Shown here piece by piece: positions 50,106-58,953 of a stretch of DNA of 64,000 bases. This stretch comes from a candidate division FCPU426 bacterium (GTDB taxonomy: Bacteria > Oederibacteriota > PGYV01 > Palsa-1178), in NCBI GenBank assembly GCA_963840035.1, contig CAWIXE010000001.1:736001-800000 (forward strand), written 5' to 3'. Within the stretch, counting starts at the first letter, position 1; the number at the start of each line of letters is the position of its first letter. The notes under the pieces are model-generated. The model was given only the letters and a program-made list of their open reading frames with translations, made no database searches and was not told the origin of the DNA. The translations under genes were made by a program, and so were the position numbers.

Positions 50106-50686
50106 GCGTTCGAAGGGTGGGGTTCGGGGTTAGGAGTTCGAGCGAAGGCAGGGACTGAAGGTAAAGCGTTCGGAGGGTGGAGTTCGGGGTTCGGAGTTCG
50201 GGCGAGAGCAGGGCTTGAAGGAGAGTCGTTCGGAGGTAAAATATAGGGGGGAGCCATGAAACAGTATAGTTCAAACCGCGATTTTGAAGTTGTTTTTAAG
50301 AAAAGGACTAAAAGTTTTGGAATTGCTGTTATAAAAATGTTGGAAGACCTTCCTTATAAAAAATCCACCGCTATTATAAGCAATCAGCTTATGCGCAGCG
50401 CTTCTGCGGTAGGGTCCGGTTATAGGGCTGCTTGCAGGGCAAAAACAATTAAGGATTTTATATATAAACTTACAATTGTTGAAGAGGAATCAGACGAATC
50501 CTTATACTGGATTGAAATGCTTGAAGAACTTGGGACAATAAACGCGGATGTTTCAGATAAATTAAAAGACGAAATTAAGCAGATTTTGGCCATAACAGTA
50601 TCGGCAATAAGAAATACCAAGCATAAACAGGAAGGATTTGCAGTTAAGTCTGAACTTCGAACCCCGAACTCCGAACCCCGAACGCT
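50106..50686 (+). mobile_element. Putative element: GTTCGGA heptamer arms (left arm tandemly repeated, 60-bp period) enclosing a four-helix-bundle gene
   Basis: Left arms at 50106, 50166 and 50226; complementary right arm 50652-50686; mobility is inferred. Confidence 0.6.
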
Positions 50687-50699
50687 TTCAGAGGTGTAA
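50256..50699 (+). CDS. Four-helix bundle protein (IVP / Avd-like); C-terminus reads through the repeat arm
   Basis: RTKSF, QLMRSASAVGSGYRAACRA, EEESDESLYWIE. Confidence 0.9.
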   Translation: MKQYSSNRDFEVVFKKRTKSFGIAVIKMLEDLPYKKSTAIISNQLMRSASAVGSGYRAACRAKTIKDFIYKLTIVEEESDESLYWIEMLEELGTINADVSDKLKDEIKQILAITVSAIRNTKHKQEGFAVKSELRTPNSEPRTLSEV

Positions 50700-50701
50700 A
50701 T

Positions 50702-51031
50702 TTGATAATAACCAACGAGGAAAAGATAGTTTTAATAACCATTGTCATTGCAGCTGTTGTCGGGCTGGCAATAAATTTCCTTTTTTCATACAATAATAAA
50801 ATTCAGATAAAAGCGGCCGCATCCGAACGCCTGCTTGTCAATTTAAACACCGCTTCCATGGAGGATTTTGACAAACTGCCGGGCATCGGCAGGATATATG
50901 CCGAGAGAATCATAAAAGACAGGGAAAAGAACGGGCCTTTCAGGAGCGTTGAAGGGGTGACGCGCGTTAAGGGCATAACTAAGAGAAAATTTGAGCAGAT
51001 GAAAAGATATCTGATCGTTACGGAAGAATAA
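50702..51031 (+). CDS. comEA: ComEA-like HhH DNA-binding protein
   Basis: VNLNTAS, LPGIG, NGPF, VKGI. Confidence 0.9.
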   Translation: MIITNEEKIVLITIVIAAVVGLAINFLFSYNNKIQIKAAASERLLVNLNTASMEDFDKLPGIGRIYAERIIKDREKNGPFRSVEGVTRVKGITKRKFEQMKRYLIVTEE

Positions 51032-51039
51032 TCTAATTT

Positions 51040-53187
51040 ATGAACCGCCCAATACTCTTTGTCACCGCCTCCTTAATGCTTGGCATCGCGGCGGCGCAGA
51101 TGCTCAACATCCATTACTCCTCGGCAATACTGGCGGCGGTACTCATCGCCGGCACTTACCGTTTATTTATCAAACGCGACGACAAGTTCATGTGGCTGCT
51201 TTTTGCCTGCCTCGGCATGCTGCTTTTTTCATTTCAGAATTCATACTTTGCGCCCAACAACCTGAAGAACTTTAAAAACCCTGAAGCCATAAAATCCATA
51301 ACGGCATCTGTCATATCCGACCCCGAATCAAACGGGGAGAGGGCGTACTTCTACGCTGAAGTCATATCACTGCGGGGAAAAGAAGGGGATTTTGAGAATG
51401 TTGACGGGAAAATCAGGGTCACGCTGGAGAAGAGCCTGGGCTTTATCCCGGAATACGGGGATGTGGTTGTCATTAAAGGAAAACTGCGCGCGCCTGAAGG
51501 GCCGAAAAATCCCGGGGAATTTGATTATCAAAAATACCTGGCGTTAAAGCAGGTCTATTATACCGTATATGCAAAGGACTCCGCGTGCGAAAAAACCGGG
51601 GCAAACAGGGGAAACTGGTTTTTCAGGATGTCATATAAGGCGAAGGAAAGGCTTGTTTCATTAATTTACAGCAGCCTTCCTGAAACCGAGGCTAAAATAC
51701 TCGACGGGCTTATGCTCGGCAACCAGCGCGCCATACCTGATGATACATATGATAAATTCAAGATTACAGGCACGGTGCACATACTCGCGGTCTCAGGCAT
51801 GAACGTGGGGCTGATAGCGTTTTTTGTATTCCTGCTGCTTAAGCTCCTGAAGGTTAACAGGAAAATTTGCGCCTTAATAACAATAATACTCATCACGGGT
51901 TTCATGATAATAACAGGCGCGGGCGCGTCCATAATCAGGGCTACAATCATGTCGTATTTTATCCTCTTTGGAATCATCATTGAGCGCGATGTGGATGTTT
52001 ACAGCTCCCTCTCGGCCGCGGCCCTGCTTATACTTCTTTTTAACCCTTCGGACCTGTTTGACGCGGGTTTTCAGATGTCGTTTCTGGCAACAGCGGGGAT
52101 AGTATATTTCATGGAATGGGCAAATACGTTTTTTCCAAAAATGCCGGAGTGGATAAGGCTGACGCTTGTGACAACCCTGTCCGCGCAGATATTTTTAACG
52201 CCTGTCATGATAAATACATTCCACCAGTTATCTTTAATATCGGTACTGGCAAACATGGTCATAGTGCCTTTATCAGGCACCATATCAATTATCGGTTACG
52301 CCATGTGGCTGTTTGGGCTGGTATCAGCGGCGGCCGCGAAAATATTCGGCGCTTCCATATGGGTTCTGGTAAAGCTTATGATGCTCATTGTTGACGGCAT
52401 GGTTTTGGTGCCCTACGCTGCCATTTCAATAAAAACACTGCCGTGGTTGTTTACGGCAGCCTATTACATGTTATTTATGTCCCTGCCACACAGGGACGTG
52501 GAGGTAAAGGTAAGGGGAATAAGCCTGAAATATGTGTTATGCGGGGTGTTGTGTTTTTGGTTTGTGCTGCATGTTGCGGTTCCGGCAAAAGCGGCCCTGT
52601 ATTGCCCTTCCACGAAGGGGATAAACGCTGTTTTTATCCAGACGAAAGACAACAAAAAGATACTGCTTCTGGCAAACGACAGCTTCAGGTCTAAAACCGC
52701 CGTGAAGAATTCCGTAGTGCCTTTTTTAAGGAACCTTGGCATAAATAATATCGACACTTTAATAACATACGCTTTAACAGAAAAAGGCAATGCGGACGCG
52801 CTTATGCGTAACTTCAGGGTAAAGTCTGTTTACGCGGACAGGGCATCGTCGGGGCCGTTCAAAAACCCCGGCCTGATAGAAGGCGAGTTTTATTTTAAGG
52901 AAGGGAAAGGCACGTTCATAAACCTGAATCAGGACAGGGCGGATATAACATCGGGTGAAAGTGAGTTTGTTTTTGTAAAAAACACCGACCCGGACGCGCT
53001 TAAGCGGCAGGGGACAACTGTTTACCTCTGCGGATATGACGCAGACACCGCGGTGAAATTCGCTGAAAATAACATGTGCGTGGTAAATTCGGATAATTCG
53101 GGAATGTTCCGCAGGCCAAAAACGGCGGAAATCCGGAACGTATGGGATACGGCGGAAAGCGGGTTATTTTATAAGCCGCTTAAATGA
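51040..53187 (+). CDS. comEC: ComEC/Rec2 competence protein
   Basis: NPGEFDY, HILAVSGMNV, GFQMSF. Confidence 0.9.
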   Translation: MNRPILFVTASLMLGIAAAQMLNIHYSSAILAAVLIAGTYRLFIKRDDKFMWLLFACLGMLLFSFQNSYFAPNNLKNFKNPEAIKSITASVISDPESNGERAYFYAEVISLRGKEGDFENVDGKIRVTLEKSLGFIPEYGDVVVIKGKLRAPEGPKNPGEFDYQKYLALKQVYYTVYAKDSACEKTGANRGNWFFRMSYKAKERLVSLIYSSLPETEAKILDGLMLGNQRAIPDDTYDKFKITGTVHILAVSGMNVGLIAFFVFLLLKLLKVNRKICALITIILITGFMIITGAGASIIRATIMSYFILFGIIIERDVDVYSSLSAAALLILLFNPSDLFDAGFQMSFLATAGIVYFMEWANTFFPKMPEWIRLTLVTTLSAQIFLTPVMINTFHQLSLISVLANMVIVPLSGTISIIGYAMWLFGLVSAAAAKIFGASIWVLVKLMMLIVDGMVLVPYAAISIKTLPWLFTAAYYMLFMSLPHRDVEVKVRGISLKYVLCGVLCFWFVLHVAVPAKAALYCPSTKGINAVFIQTKDNKKILLLANDSFRSKTAVKNSVVPFLRNLGINNIDTLITYALTEKGNADALMRNFRVKSVYADRASSGPFKNPGLIEGEFYFKEGKGTFINLNQDRADITSGESEFVFVKNTDPDALKRQGTTVYLCGYDADTAVKFAENNMCVVNSDNSGMFRRPKTAEIRNVWDTAESGLFYKPLK

Positions 53188-53282
53188 ACAGCCCGCGGGA
53201 AGTGCAGTTCATGAAAATAGGGGAAACTGTGTCTATTTTGCGCCGTTTCTGTTATAATTCAAAAAAAATAAAGGAGAATAAG

Positions 53283-53981
53283 ATGAAAAAATTTTTAATC
53301 CTTATGGTAATTTCCATGGCCCTGTTTTTTGCATCATGCAGCAATGACTGCAAGAATTGCCCCACATGCCCGGCGGAACAAAACGACATCCTGGTGATGG
53401 AGTTCCAGAACGGGGTCTGGCCGAACGCTCTATACGCGGGCTGCGAAGACACCATGATAAGCTCTTTAAACACAGGGACAAATTACAGCGCCAGTACTTC
53501 AATGTATTTTGGACAGAACGGCTCCGGAGTAACCCAGAGGGCGCTTATTAATTTTGACATATCGGCTATTGCGCCGCTAAACGCCGTGATAGTAAAAGCA
53601 TATCTGACGCTGAGGCATGCCGGATATACTTCATATGTTGATAAGTACACGGCAAATGTGCCTTCATCCGTATGGATGACCGGTTTTGCGACATGGATTA
53701 ACCGGTTATCTGCCAGTGCGTGGGCGACACCCGGGGGTATTTCCGCGCCGGCAGTACCGGCAAGCGACGAAGTACTGCCAAATTCAACCAGCGATTACAT
53801 AATTTTTGCCCTTGATACAAGCGTTGTCCAGGGTTGGCTGGCCTCGCCATACCTCTCCAGGGGGGTAGTCATGAAATCCGCGGTGGAAGACGGAAACGAC
53901 CACATGATGTACGCGTACAGCAGTGATCACGCGACACCGGCATATAGGCCGAAACTGACGGTATATTACAGGCTGCCATGA
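53283..53981 (+). CDS. Lipoprotein with DNRLRE/CBM96-like domain
   Basis: AGGAG RBS; FASC; FQNG.WP...YAGCED; RPKLTVYY. Confidence 0.75.
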   Translation: MKKFLILMVISMALFFASCSNDCKNCPTCPAEQNDILVMEFQNGVWPNALYAGCEDTMISSLNTGTNYSASTSMYFGQNGSGVTQRALINFDISAIAPLNAVIVKAYLTLRHAGYTSYVDKYTANVPSSVWMTGFATWINRLSASAWATPGGISAPAVPASDEVLPNSTSDYIIFALDTSVVQGWLASPYLSRGVVMKSAVEDGNDHMMYAYSSDHATPAYRPKLTVYYRLP

Positions 53982-54011
53982 TAAAGCGGCAGAACCTGCA
54001 ATAAAGCTCAT

Positions 54012-54041
54012 AAAAAGGCGGGCTAAAAAGCCCGCCTTTTT
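54012..54041. terminator. Bidirectional intrinsic terminator
   Basis: AAAAAGGCGGGCT-AAAA-AGCCCGCCTTTTT. Confidence 0.85.
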
Positions 54042-54144
54042 ATTTATTAAGCGCTTCAGCCTTTAAAAACAGCTTATTTTCGTATTGAAAACATCGGGCC
54101 TTCTATATTATAATAATACATTAAACCATACAGGAGGAATCAGG

Positions 54145-54876
54145 ATGAAAGGCATTATACTCGCCGGAGGGTTAGGGACAAGGCTTCACCCGCTTACAAG
54201 GATAACAAACAAGCATCTGCTTCCCGTTTATGACAAGCCAATGATTTATTACCCCATACAGATGCTAATTAACGCCGGGATAAAAGATATAATGATAATA
54301 ACCGGCGGTACAAATTCAGGGGATTTTTTAAGGCTGCTGGGCAATGGCAAGGAATTCGGGCTTTCCCACCTGCACTACGGGTACCAGGAAGGCGAAGGCG
54401 GCATCGCTGACGCCCTCAAACTGTGCGAGGATTTTGTGGGCAATGACAAGATGATAGTCGTTCTGGGGGATAATATAATTGAAAGGACCATAAAGATCCC
54501 TGCGGCTGAATTTAAGAAACAGAAAAGAGGCGCTAAAATAATTCTCAAGGAAGTTGACAACCCCTCCGAATACGGCATCGCGGAAGTCTCCGGCGGAAAG
54601 ATAACAAAAATAATTGAAAAGCCCAAGGACCCAAAAAGCAACCTCGCGGTCATCGGCGTTTATTTTTATCCAAACGACGTTTTCAGGATAATAAAGACCT
54701 TAAAGCCTTCCAAAAGGGGCGAACTTGAAATAACGGATGTTAATAACGCGTATCTCAGGAAAAAGCAGCTGACTTATAACGTTCTGGACGGATGGTGGAA
54801 GGATGCCGGAGAGTCAAAGGAAGCGCTGCTGGAAACAAATGTTTTTGTGAAGGAACAAGGGGCGAATAAAATATAA
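54145..54876 (+). CDS. rfbA: Glucose-1-phosphate thymidylyltransferase (short form)
   Basis: GIILAGGLGTRL, LPVYDKPMIYY, RGELEITD. Confidence 0.9.
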   Translation: MKGIILAGGLGTRLHPLTRITNKHLLPVYDKPMIYYPIQMLINAGIKDIMIITGGTNSGDFLRLLGNGKEFGLSHLHYGYQEGEGGIADALKLCEDFVGNDKMIVVLGDNIIERTIKIPAAEFKKQKRGAKIILKEVDNPSEYGIAEVSGGKITKIIEKPKDPKSNLAVIGVYFYPNDVFRIIKTLKPSKRGELEITDVNNAYLRKKQLTYNVLDGWWKDAGESKEALLETNVFVKEQGANKI

Positions 54877-54880
54877 TAAT

Positions 54881-54966
54881 ACGTTCGGAGTTATGGGTTC
54901 GGAGTTCGGAGTTGAACAGGCAGAGCCTCGTTTGAACTCCGAACCCCGAACTTCACCCTTCGAACG
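54881..54966. repeat. Gene-less GTTCGGA heptamer hairpin
   Basis: Arms of the same family as 50106-50686. Confidence 0.85.
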
Positions 54967-54980
54967 AAAATGGAGGAGTC

Positions 54981-55436
54981 ATGATTTCAGGCGTTAAAAC
55001 GAAGAAACTTAACCCCATTCCCGATGAGCGGGGCAGGCTTATGGAAATGATACGCAAAGACGACGACATATTCCTGAAGTTCGGGCAGATGTACATGACC
55101 ACTGTGAACCCGGGGGCTGTCAAGGCGTGGCACTACCACAAAATACAGCTGGATACTTTTGTGGTGGTAAAAGGCATGCTGAAGCTGGTTCTTTATGACA
55201 ACAGGCCCAAGTCAAAGACGTACGGGGAAATAAATGAATTTTTCATAGGAGAACACAATAACACGGCAGTACAGATACCCAGCAATGTATATCACGGCTT
55301 TAAAGGCATAGCCGAGACGGAAACTATAGTAATAAACGTACCGACAGAGACCTATAACCCGAAAAAACCGGACGAGTACAGGCTGCCGGCGCATACAAAG
55401 GAAATACCGTACGAGTGGGGACGCAAGGACAGATAA
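54981..55436 (+). CDS. rfbC: dTDP-4-dehydrorhamnose 3,5-epimerase family
   Basis: DERG, KAWHYH, YHGF. Confidence 0.85.
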   Translation: MISGVKTKKLNPIPDERGRLMEMIRKDDDIFLKFGQMYMTTVNPGAVKAWHYHKIQLDTFVVVKGMLKLVLYDNRPKSKTYGEINEFFIGEHNNTAVQIPSNVYHGFKGIAETETIVINVPTETYNPKKPDEYRLPAHTKEIPYEWGRKDR

Positions 55437-55440
55437 GGAA

Positions 55441-55514
55441 AATCCAAAGTTCAGAGCCCAAAGCCCAAAGGGGCACGAAGTTCCCTTGGGATATGGGCTA
55501 TGGGCTTTGGAATT
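55441..55514. repeat. CCCAAAG/CTTTGGG heptamer hairpin
   Basis: Four heptamers per arm around a short loop. Confidence 0.8.
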
Positions 55515-55532
55515 ATACTTGGAGGTTTTTAA

Positions 55533-56528
55533 GTGAGGATACTTGTAACAGGCGGGGCGGGTTTTATCGGGTCTAATTTTGTGGAGTACATGCTTTCAAA
55601 ATATCCGGCTTATAAAATAACCGTATTTGACGCCATGACATACGCTTCAAACCCGGAGACTGTCAATAAATTCAGGAAGAATAAGAACTTTGCATTCATT
55701 AAGGGCGACATATGCTCGATGAAGCAGGTTGTGAAAGCCGTAAAATCCATGGACGTGGTGGTTAATTTCGCGGCGGAATCCCACGTGGACAGGTCCATAA
55801 TGGGGCCCGAGGCTTTTATAGAGACAAACATAAAAGGGACATTTAACATGCTGGAGGCGTCAAGGCACGCCGGGATAAAAAAATTCCTGCAGATATCCAC
55901 CGATGAGGTTTACGGCAGCGTTAAAGCGGGTAAGTCAAAGGAAGGCGACATACTCGACCCGACAAGCCCGTATTCCTCGTCAAAGGCCGCTGCAGACCTC
56001 GTGGCGCTTTCATATTTCAAGACTTTTGGGATGCCGGTTGTGATATCCCGCAGCTCAAATAATTTCGGGCCATACCAGCACCCGGAAAAGTTCATACCGC
56101 TTTTCATAACAAGGACAGTTGAGGGCGAAGGCCTGCCGCTTTACGGTGACGGGAAGAACGTCAGGAACTGGATATACGTGGAAGACAACTGCTCGGGGCT
56201 CGACGCCATTGTCCATAAGGGAAAACCGGGCGAGATTTATAATGTGGGCGGCAATGTCGAAGTAAAGAATATCGACGTGGCACGCGCCATAGTGGAAGCC
56301 TTAGGGCAGAAAGAATCTTTGATCAAACCGGTAAAAGACAGGCTCGCGCACGACAGGCGCTATGCCCTTTCCTCCAATAAACTCAAGAAACTCGGGTGGA
56401 AGCCTAAGTACTCATTTACCCACGGGCTTGCCGAAACCATAAAGTGGTATACGGATAATATGGAATGGTGGGAATGCTTAAAAAATGACGGATACAAGAA
56501 ATATTATAAGAAAAATTATAAGAAGTAA
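55533..56528 (+). CDS. rfbB: dTDP-glucose 4,6-dehydratase
   Basis: TGGAGFIGS, AAESHVDRS, STDEVYG, YSSSK. Confidence 0.95.
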   Translation: MRILVTGGAGFIGSNFVEYMLSKYPAYKITVFDAMTYASNPETVNKFRKNKNFAFIKGDICSMKQVVKAVKSMDVVVNFAAESHVDRSIMGPEAFIETNIKGTFNMLEASRHAGIKKFLQISTDEVYGSVKAGKSKEGDILDPTSPYSSSKAAADLVALSYFKTFGMPVVISRSSNNFGPYQHPEKFIPLFITRTVEGEGLPLYGDGKNVRNWIYVEDNCSGLDAIVHKGKPGEIYNVGGNVEVKNIDVARAIVEALGQKESLIKPVKDRLAHDRRYALSSNKLKKLGWKPKYSFTHGLAETIKWYTDNMEWWECLKNDGYKKYYKKNYKK

Positions 56529-56529
56529 A

Positions 56530-56832
56530 CCTTAACCCTTATCCTTAATTCTTATCCTTAGCTCTTGGATCTTAGATCTACAAGCTGAGGATAAGGGTGA
56601 GGGTTAAGGGTTAAGGAAAAGCATCAGACAGGGCTACAGGCTTAGGATAAGGGTAAGGGTTAAGGAAAAGCATCAGACAGGGCTACAGGCTGAGGATAAG
56701 GGTGAGGGTTAAGGGTTAAGGAAAAGCATCAGACAGGGCTACAGGCTGAGGATAAGGGTAAGGGTTAAGGGTTAAGGAAAAGCATTAGACAGGGCTACAG
56801 GTATCGCATAAGGGTAAGGAGTAGGGGTTAAG
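56530..56832. repeat. CCTTAA-arm hairpin with tandemly amplified G-rich right arm
   Basis: Units begin at 56584, 56640, 56689, 56745, 56801 (56/49/56/56 bp). Confidence 0.9.
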
Positions 56833-56859
56833 GAGGAAGAAAAAAATGGAGGGAATCGT

Positions 56860-57705
56860 ATGAAAGTAATGATACTCGGGGCTACCGGACTTTTAGGTTC
56901 TGATATAGTCAAGGAATGCGGGAGCGATTTTGAGGTTGTAAGCGCGGGCAGCGCTGACGCGGATATAACAGACCAGGAAGCCATTTATAATTATGTAAAA
57001 GCGCACAAACCTGATGTGGTTATTAACAGCGCGGCCCTGACAGACGTGGACAAATGCGAGGAAAATCCGGACATGGCTTACAGGATTAACGCTATGGGGC
57101 CGAAAAATGTGGCAATGGCGTGTAGGGATTTTAACGCCAAGCTTATACACTTATCCACCGACTATGTTTTTGACGGGAAAAAGGGAGAGCCTTACACTGA
57201 GTTTGACACGGTAAACCCGATAAGCGTATACGGAAAATCCAAAGTTGCCGGCGAGCAGTTCGTGCAGGCCGCCATGAATAAATTCATGATCATAAGGACG
57301 GCCTGGATATTCGGCCCTAAAAGGCGCCACTTTGTGGACTATGTCATAGACGCCATAAACAAGGGCGAAGAGATTATCGCGGTAAAGGACATGGTGTCTT
57401 CGCCCACCCTATCACAGGACCTGGCGGAAACCATAAAAAAACTTATTCCCATGAACCAGCTCGGCATTTTCCACATAGCAAACAAGGGCTACTGCTCGCG
57501 CGTGGAAATGGTGGAAGAGATAATGAAGATAATGAGGAAACAGACGCGCGTGCAGGTACTGAGCCAGAGCCAGTGGAAAAGGCCCGCGGCTAGGCCGCAT
57601 TTCTCAGCTCTTAAGAACTACCACCTGTCGCTTATTAACGAGGATGTAATGGCGGGCTGGCGCGACGCGCTGAAGCGGTATATAAAGTACAAATATCAGG
57701 CGTAA
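56860..57705 (+). CDS. rfbD: dTDP-4-dehydrorhamnose reductase
   Basis: GATGLLG, STDYVFDG, YGKSK. Confidence 0.95.
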   Translation: MKVMILGATGLLGSDIVKECGSDFEVVSAGSADADITDQEAIYNYVKAHKPDVVINSAALTDVDKCEENPDMAYRINAMGPKNVAMACRDFNAKLIHLSTDYVFDGKKGEPYTEFDTVNPISVYGKSKVAGEQFVQAAMNKFMIIRTAWIFGPKRRHFVDYVIDAINKGEEIIAVKDMVSSPTLSQDLAETIKKLIPMNQLGIFHIANKGYCSRVEMVEEIMKIMRKQTRVQVLSQSQWKRPAARPHFSALKNYHLSLINEDVMAGWRDALKRYIKYKYQA

Positions 57706-57708
57706 GAT

Positions 57709-57793
57709 ATTTAAAAAGTTAAATTTAAAATTTGAAAATGAAAAACAAAGGTTTTGCTCTCAATTTTAAATTTCAAATTTTAATTTTTAAATT
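57709..57793. repeat. Gene-less AT-rich heptamer hairpin
   Basis: Starts with the same ATTTAAAAAGTTAAATTT as 44630. Confidence 0.85.
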
Positions 57794-57808
57794 GCCACAG
57801 GAGGTATT

Positions 57809-58837
57809 ATGAAAGCACTTGTCATAGGCGGAGCGGGTTTTATCGGGGCTAACCTCGCGGACAGGCTGGCGAAAAAGGGTGATGAGGTATGGGTATTTGA
57901 TAACCTTTCACGCAGGGGTACTGCATGGAACCTGAAATGGCTTCAGAAAAACCATAAAAACGTGAAATTCGTAAAAGGCGACGTCAGGAAATATTCCGAT
58001 TTAAAGAACCTTTTTAACAGGAACAAAGACTTTGACGCCGTGTTCCACCTTGCCGCGCAGGTTGCCGTAACCACATCGGTCACAAACCCACGGGAAGATT
58101 TTGACATAAACGCGCTGGGTACATTTAACGTGTTAGAAGCCATCAGGGAATCAAAATCAAATCCGGCAATTCTTTACTCGTCCACAAACAAAGTGTACGG
58201 CGGCATGACTGACATTAAGATAATAAAAAAGAACGGCAGGTACTCGTACAAAGGGCTTCCAAAAGGCATATCAGAGGAGAGGATACTTGATTTCCACTCG
58301 CCATATGGCTGCTCAAAAGGCACTGCAGACCAGTACATGATAGATTATTCCAGGATATACGGTTTGAAAACGGTTGTCTTCAGGCAGTCGTGCATATACG
58401 GCTACAGGCAGTTTGGCATAGAGGACCAGGGCTGGGTGGCTTGGTTTACCATCGCCACCATGCTGGATAAAAACTTAACCATTTACGGCGACGGCATGCA
58501 GGTGCGCGACGTGCTTTTTATAGAAGACCTGCTTGACGCTTATGAGCTGGCAATTAAGAATATTGATAAGGTAAAAGGACAGGCGTTTAACGTGGGCGGC
58601 GGGCAGAAAAATACCATGTCGCTGCTGGAACTCATCAAATTCCTCGAAAAATTCTTCGGGAAGAAAATACCCTTAAAGTTCGCCGACTGGCGTCCGGGCG
58701 ACCAGCCTGTGTTTGTGTGCGACATAACAAAGGCAGGAAAAAAGCTGGGTTGGAAGCCGAAGACCTCGCCGGAAGCCGGAGTTAAAAAATTATATGAATG
58801 GGTTAAAGATAATAAGGATTTATTCAAAGACCTGTAA
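57809..58837 (+). CDS. CDP-paratose/tyvelose 2-epimerase-like SDR
   Basis: HLAAQVAVTTS, STNKVYG, SPYGCSKG, FRQSCIYG, DQGWVAWF. Confidence 0.85.
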   Translation: MKALVIGGAGFIGANLADRLAKKGDEVWVFDNLSRRGTAWNLKWLQKNHKNVKFVKGDVRKYSDLKNLFNRNKDFDAVFHLAAQVAVTTSVTNPREDFDINALGTFNVLEAIRESKSNPAILYSSTNKVYGGMTDIKIIKKNGRYSYKGLPKGISEERILDFHSPYGCSKGTADQYMIDYSRIYGLKTVVFRQSCIYGYRQFGIEDQGWVAWFTIATMLDKNLTIYGDGMQVRDVLFIEDLLDAYELAIKNIDKVKGQAFNVGGGQKNTMSLLELIKFLEKFFGKKIPLKFADWRPGDQPVFVCDITKAGKKLGWKPKTSPEAGVKKLYEWVKDNKDLFKDL

Positions 58838-58842
58838 CAACA

Positions 58843-58944
58843 ATTTTCAATTTTATATTTTAAATTTTCAATTATTGACAGGCCATACTGTGTTAAAAGC
58901 GCGTTGAAGATTTAATTTAAAATTGAAAATTTAAAATTGAAAAT
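58843..58944. repeat. AT-rich heptamer hairpin with about 40-bp core
   Basis: ATTTTCA/TGAAAAT arms. Confidence 0.85.
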
Positions 58945-58953
58945 CAGGTGTTC

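Noticed and set aside
50106..50240. CRISPR array
   Set aside because: Only about 2.3 units, and the spacers are similar to each other
44720..50699. Complete diversity-generating retroelement
   Set aside because: No reverse transcriptase and no TR/VR pair in the window
56584..56832. CRISPR array
   Set aside because: Spacers are essentially identical, the repeat is internally periodic, and there are no cas genes
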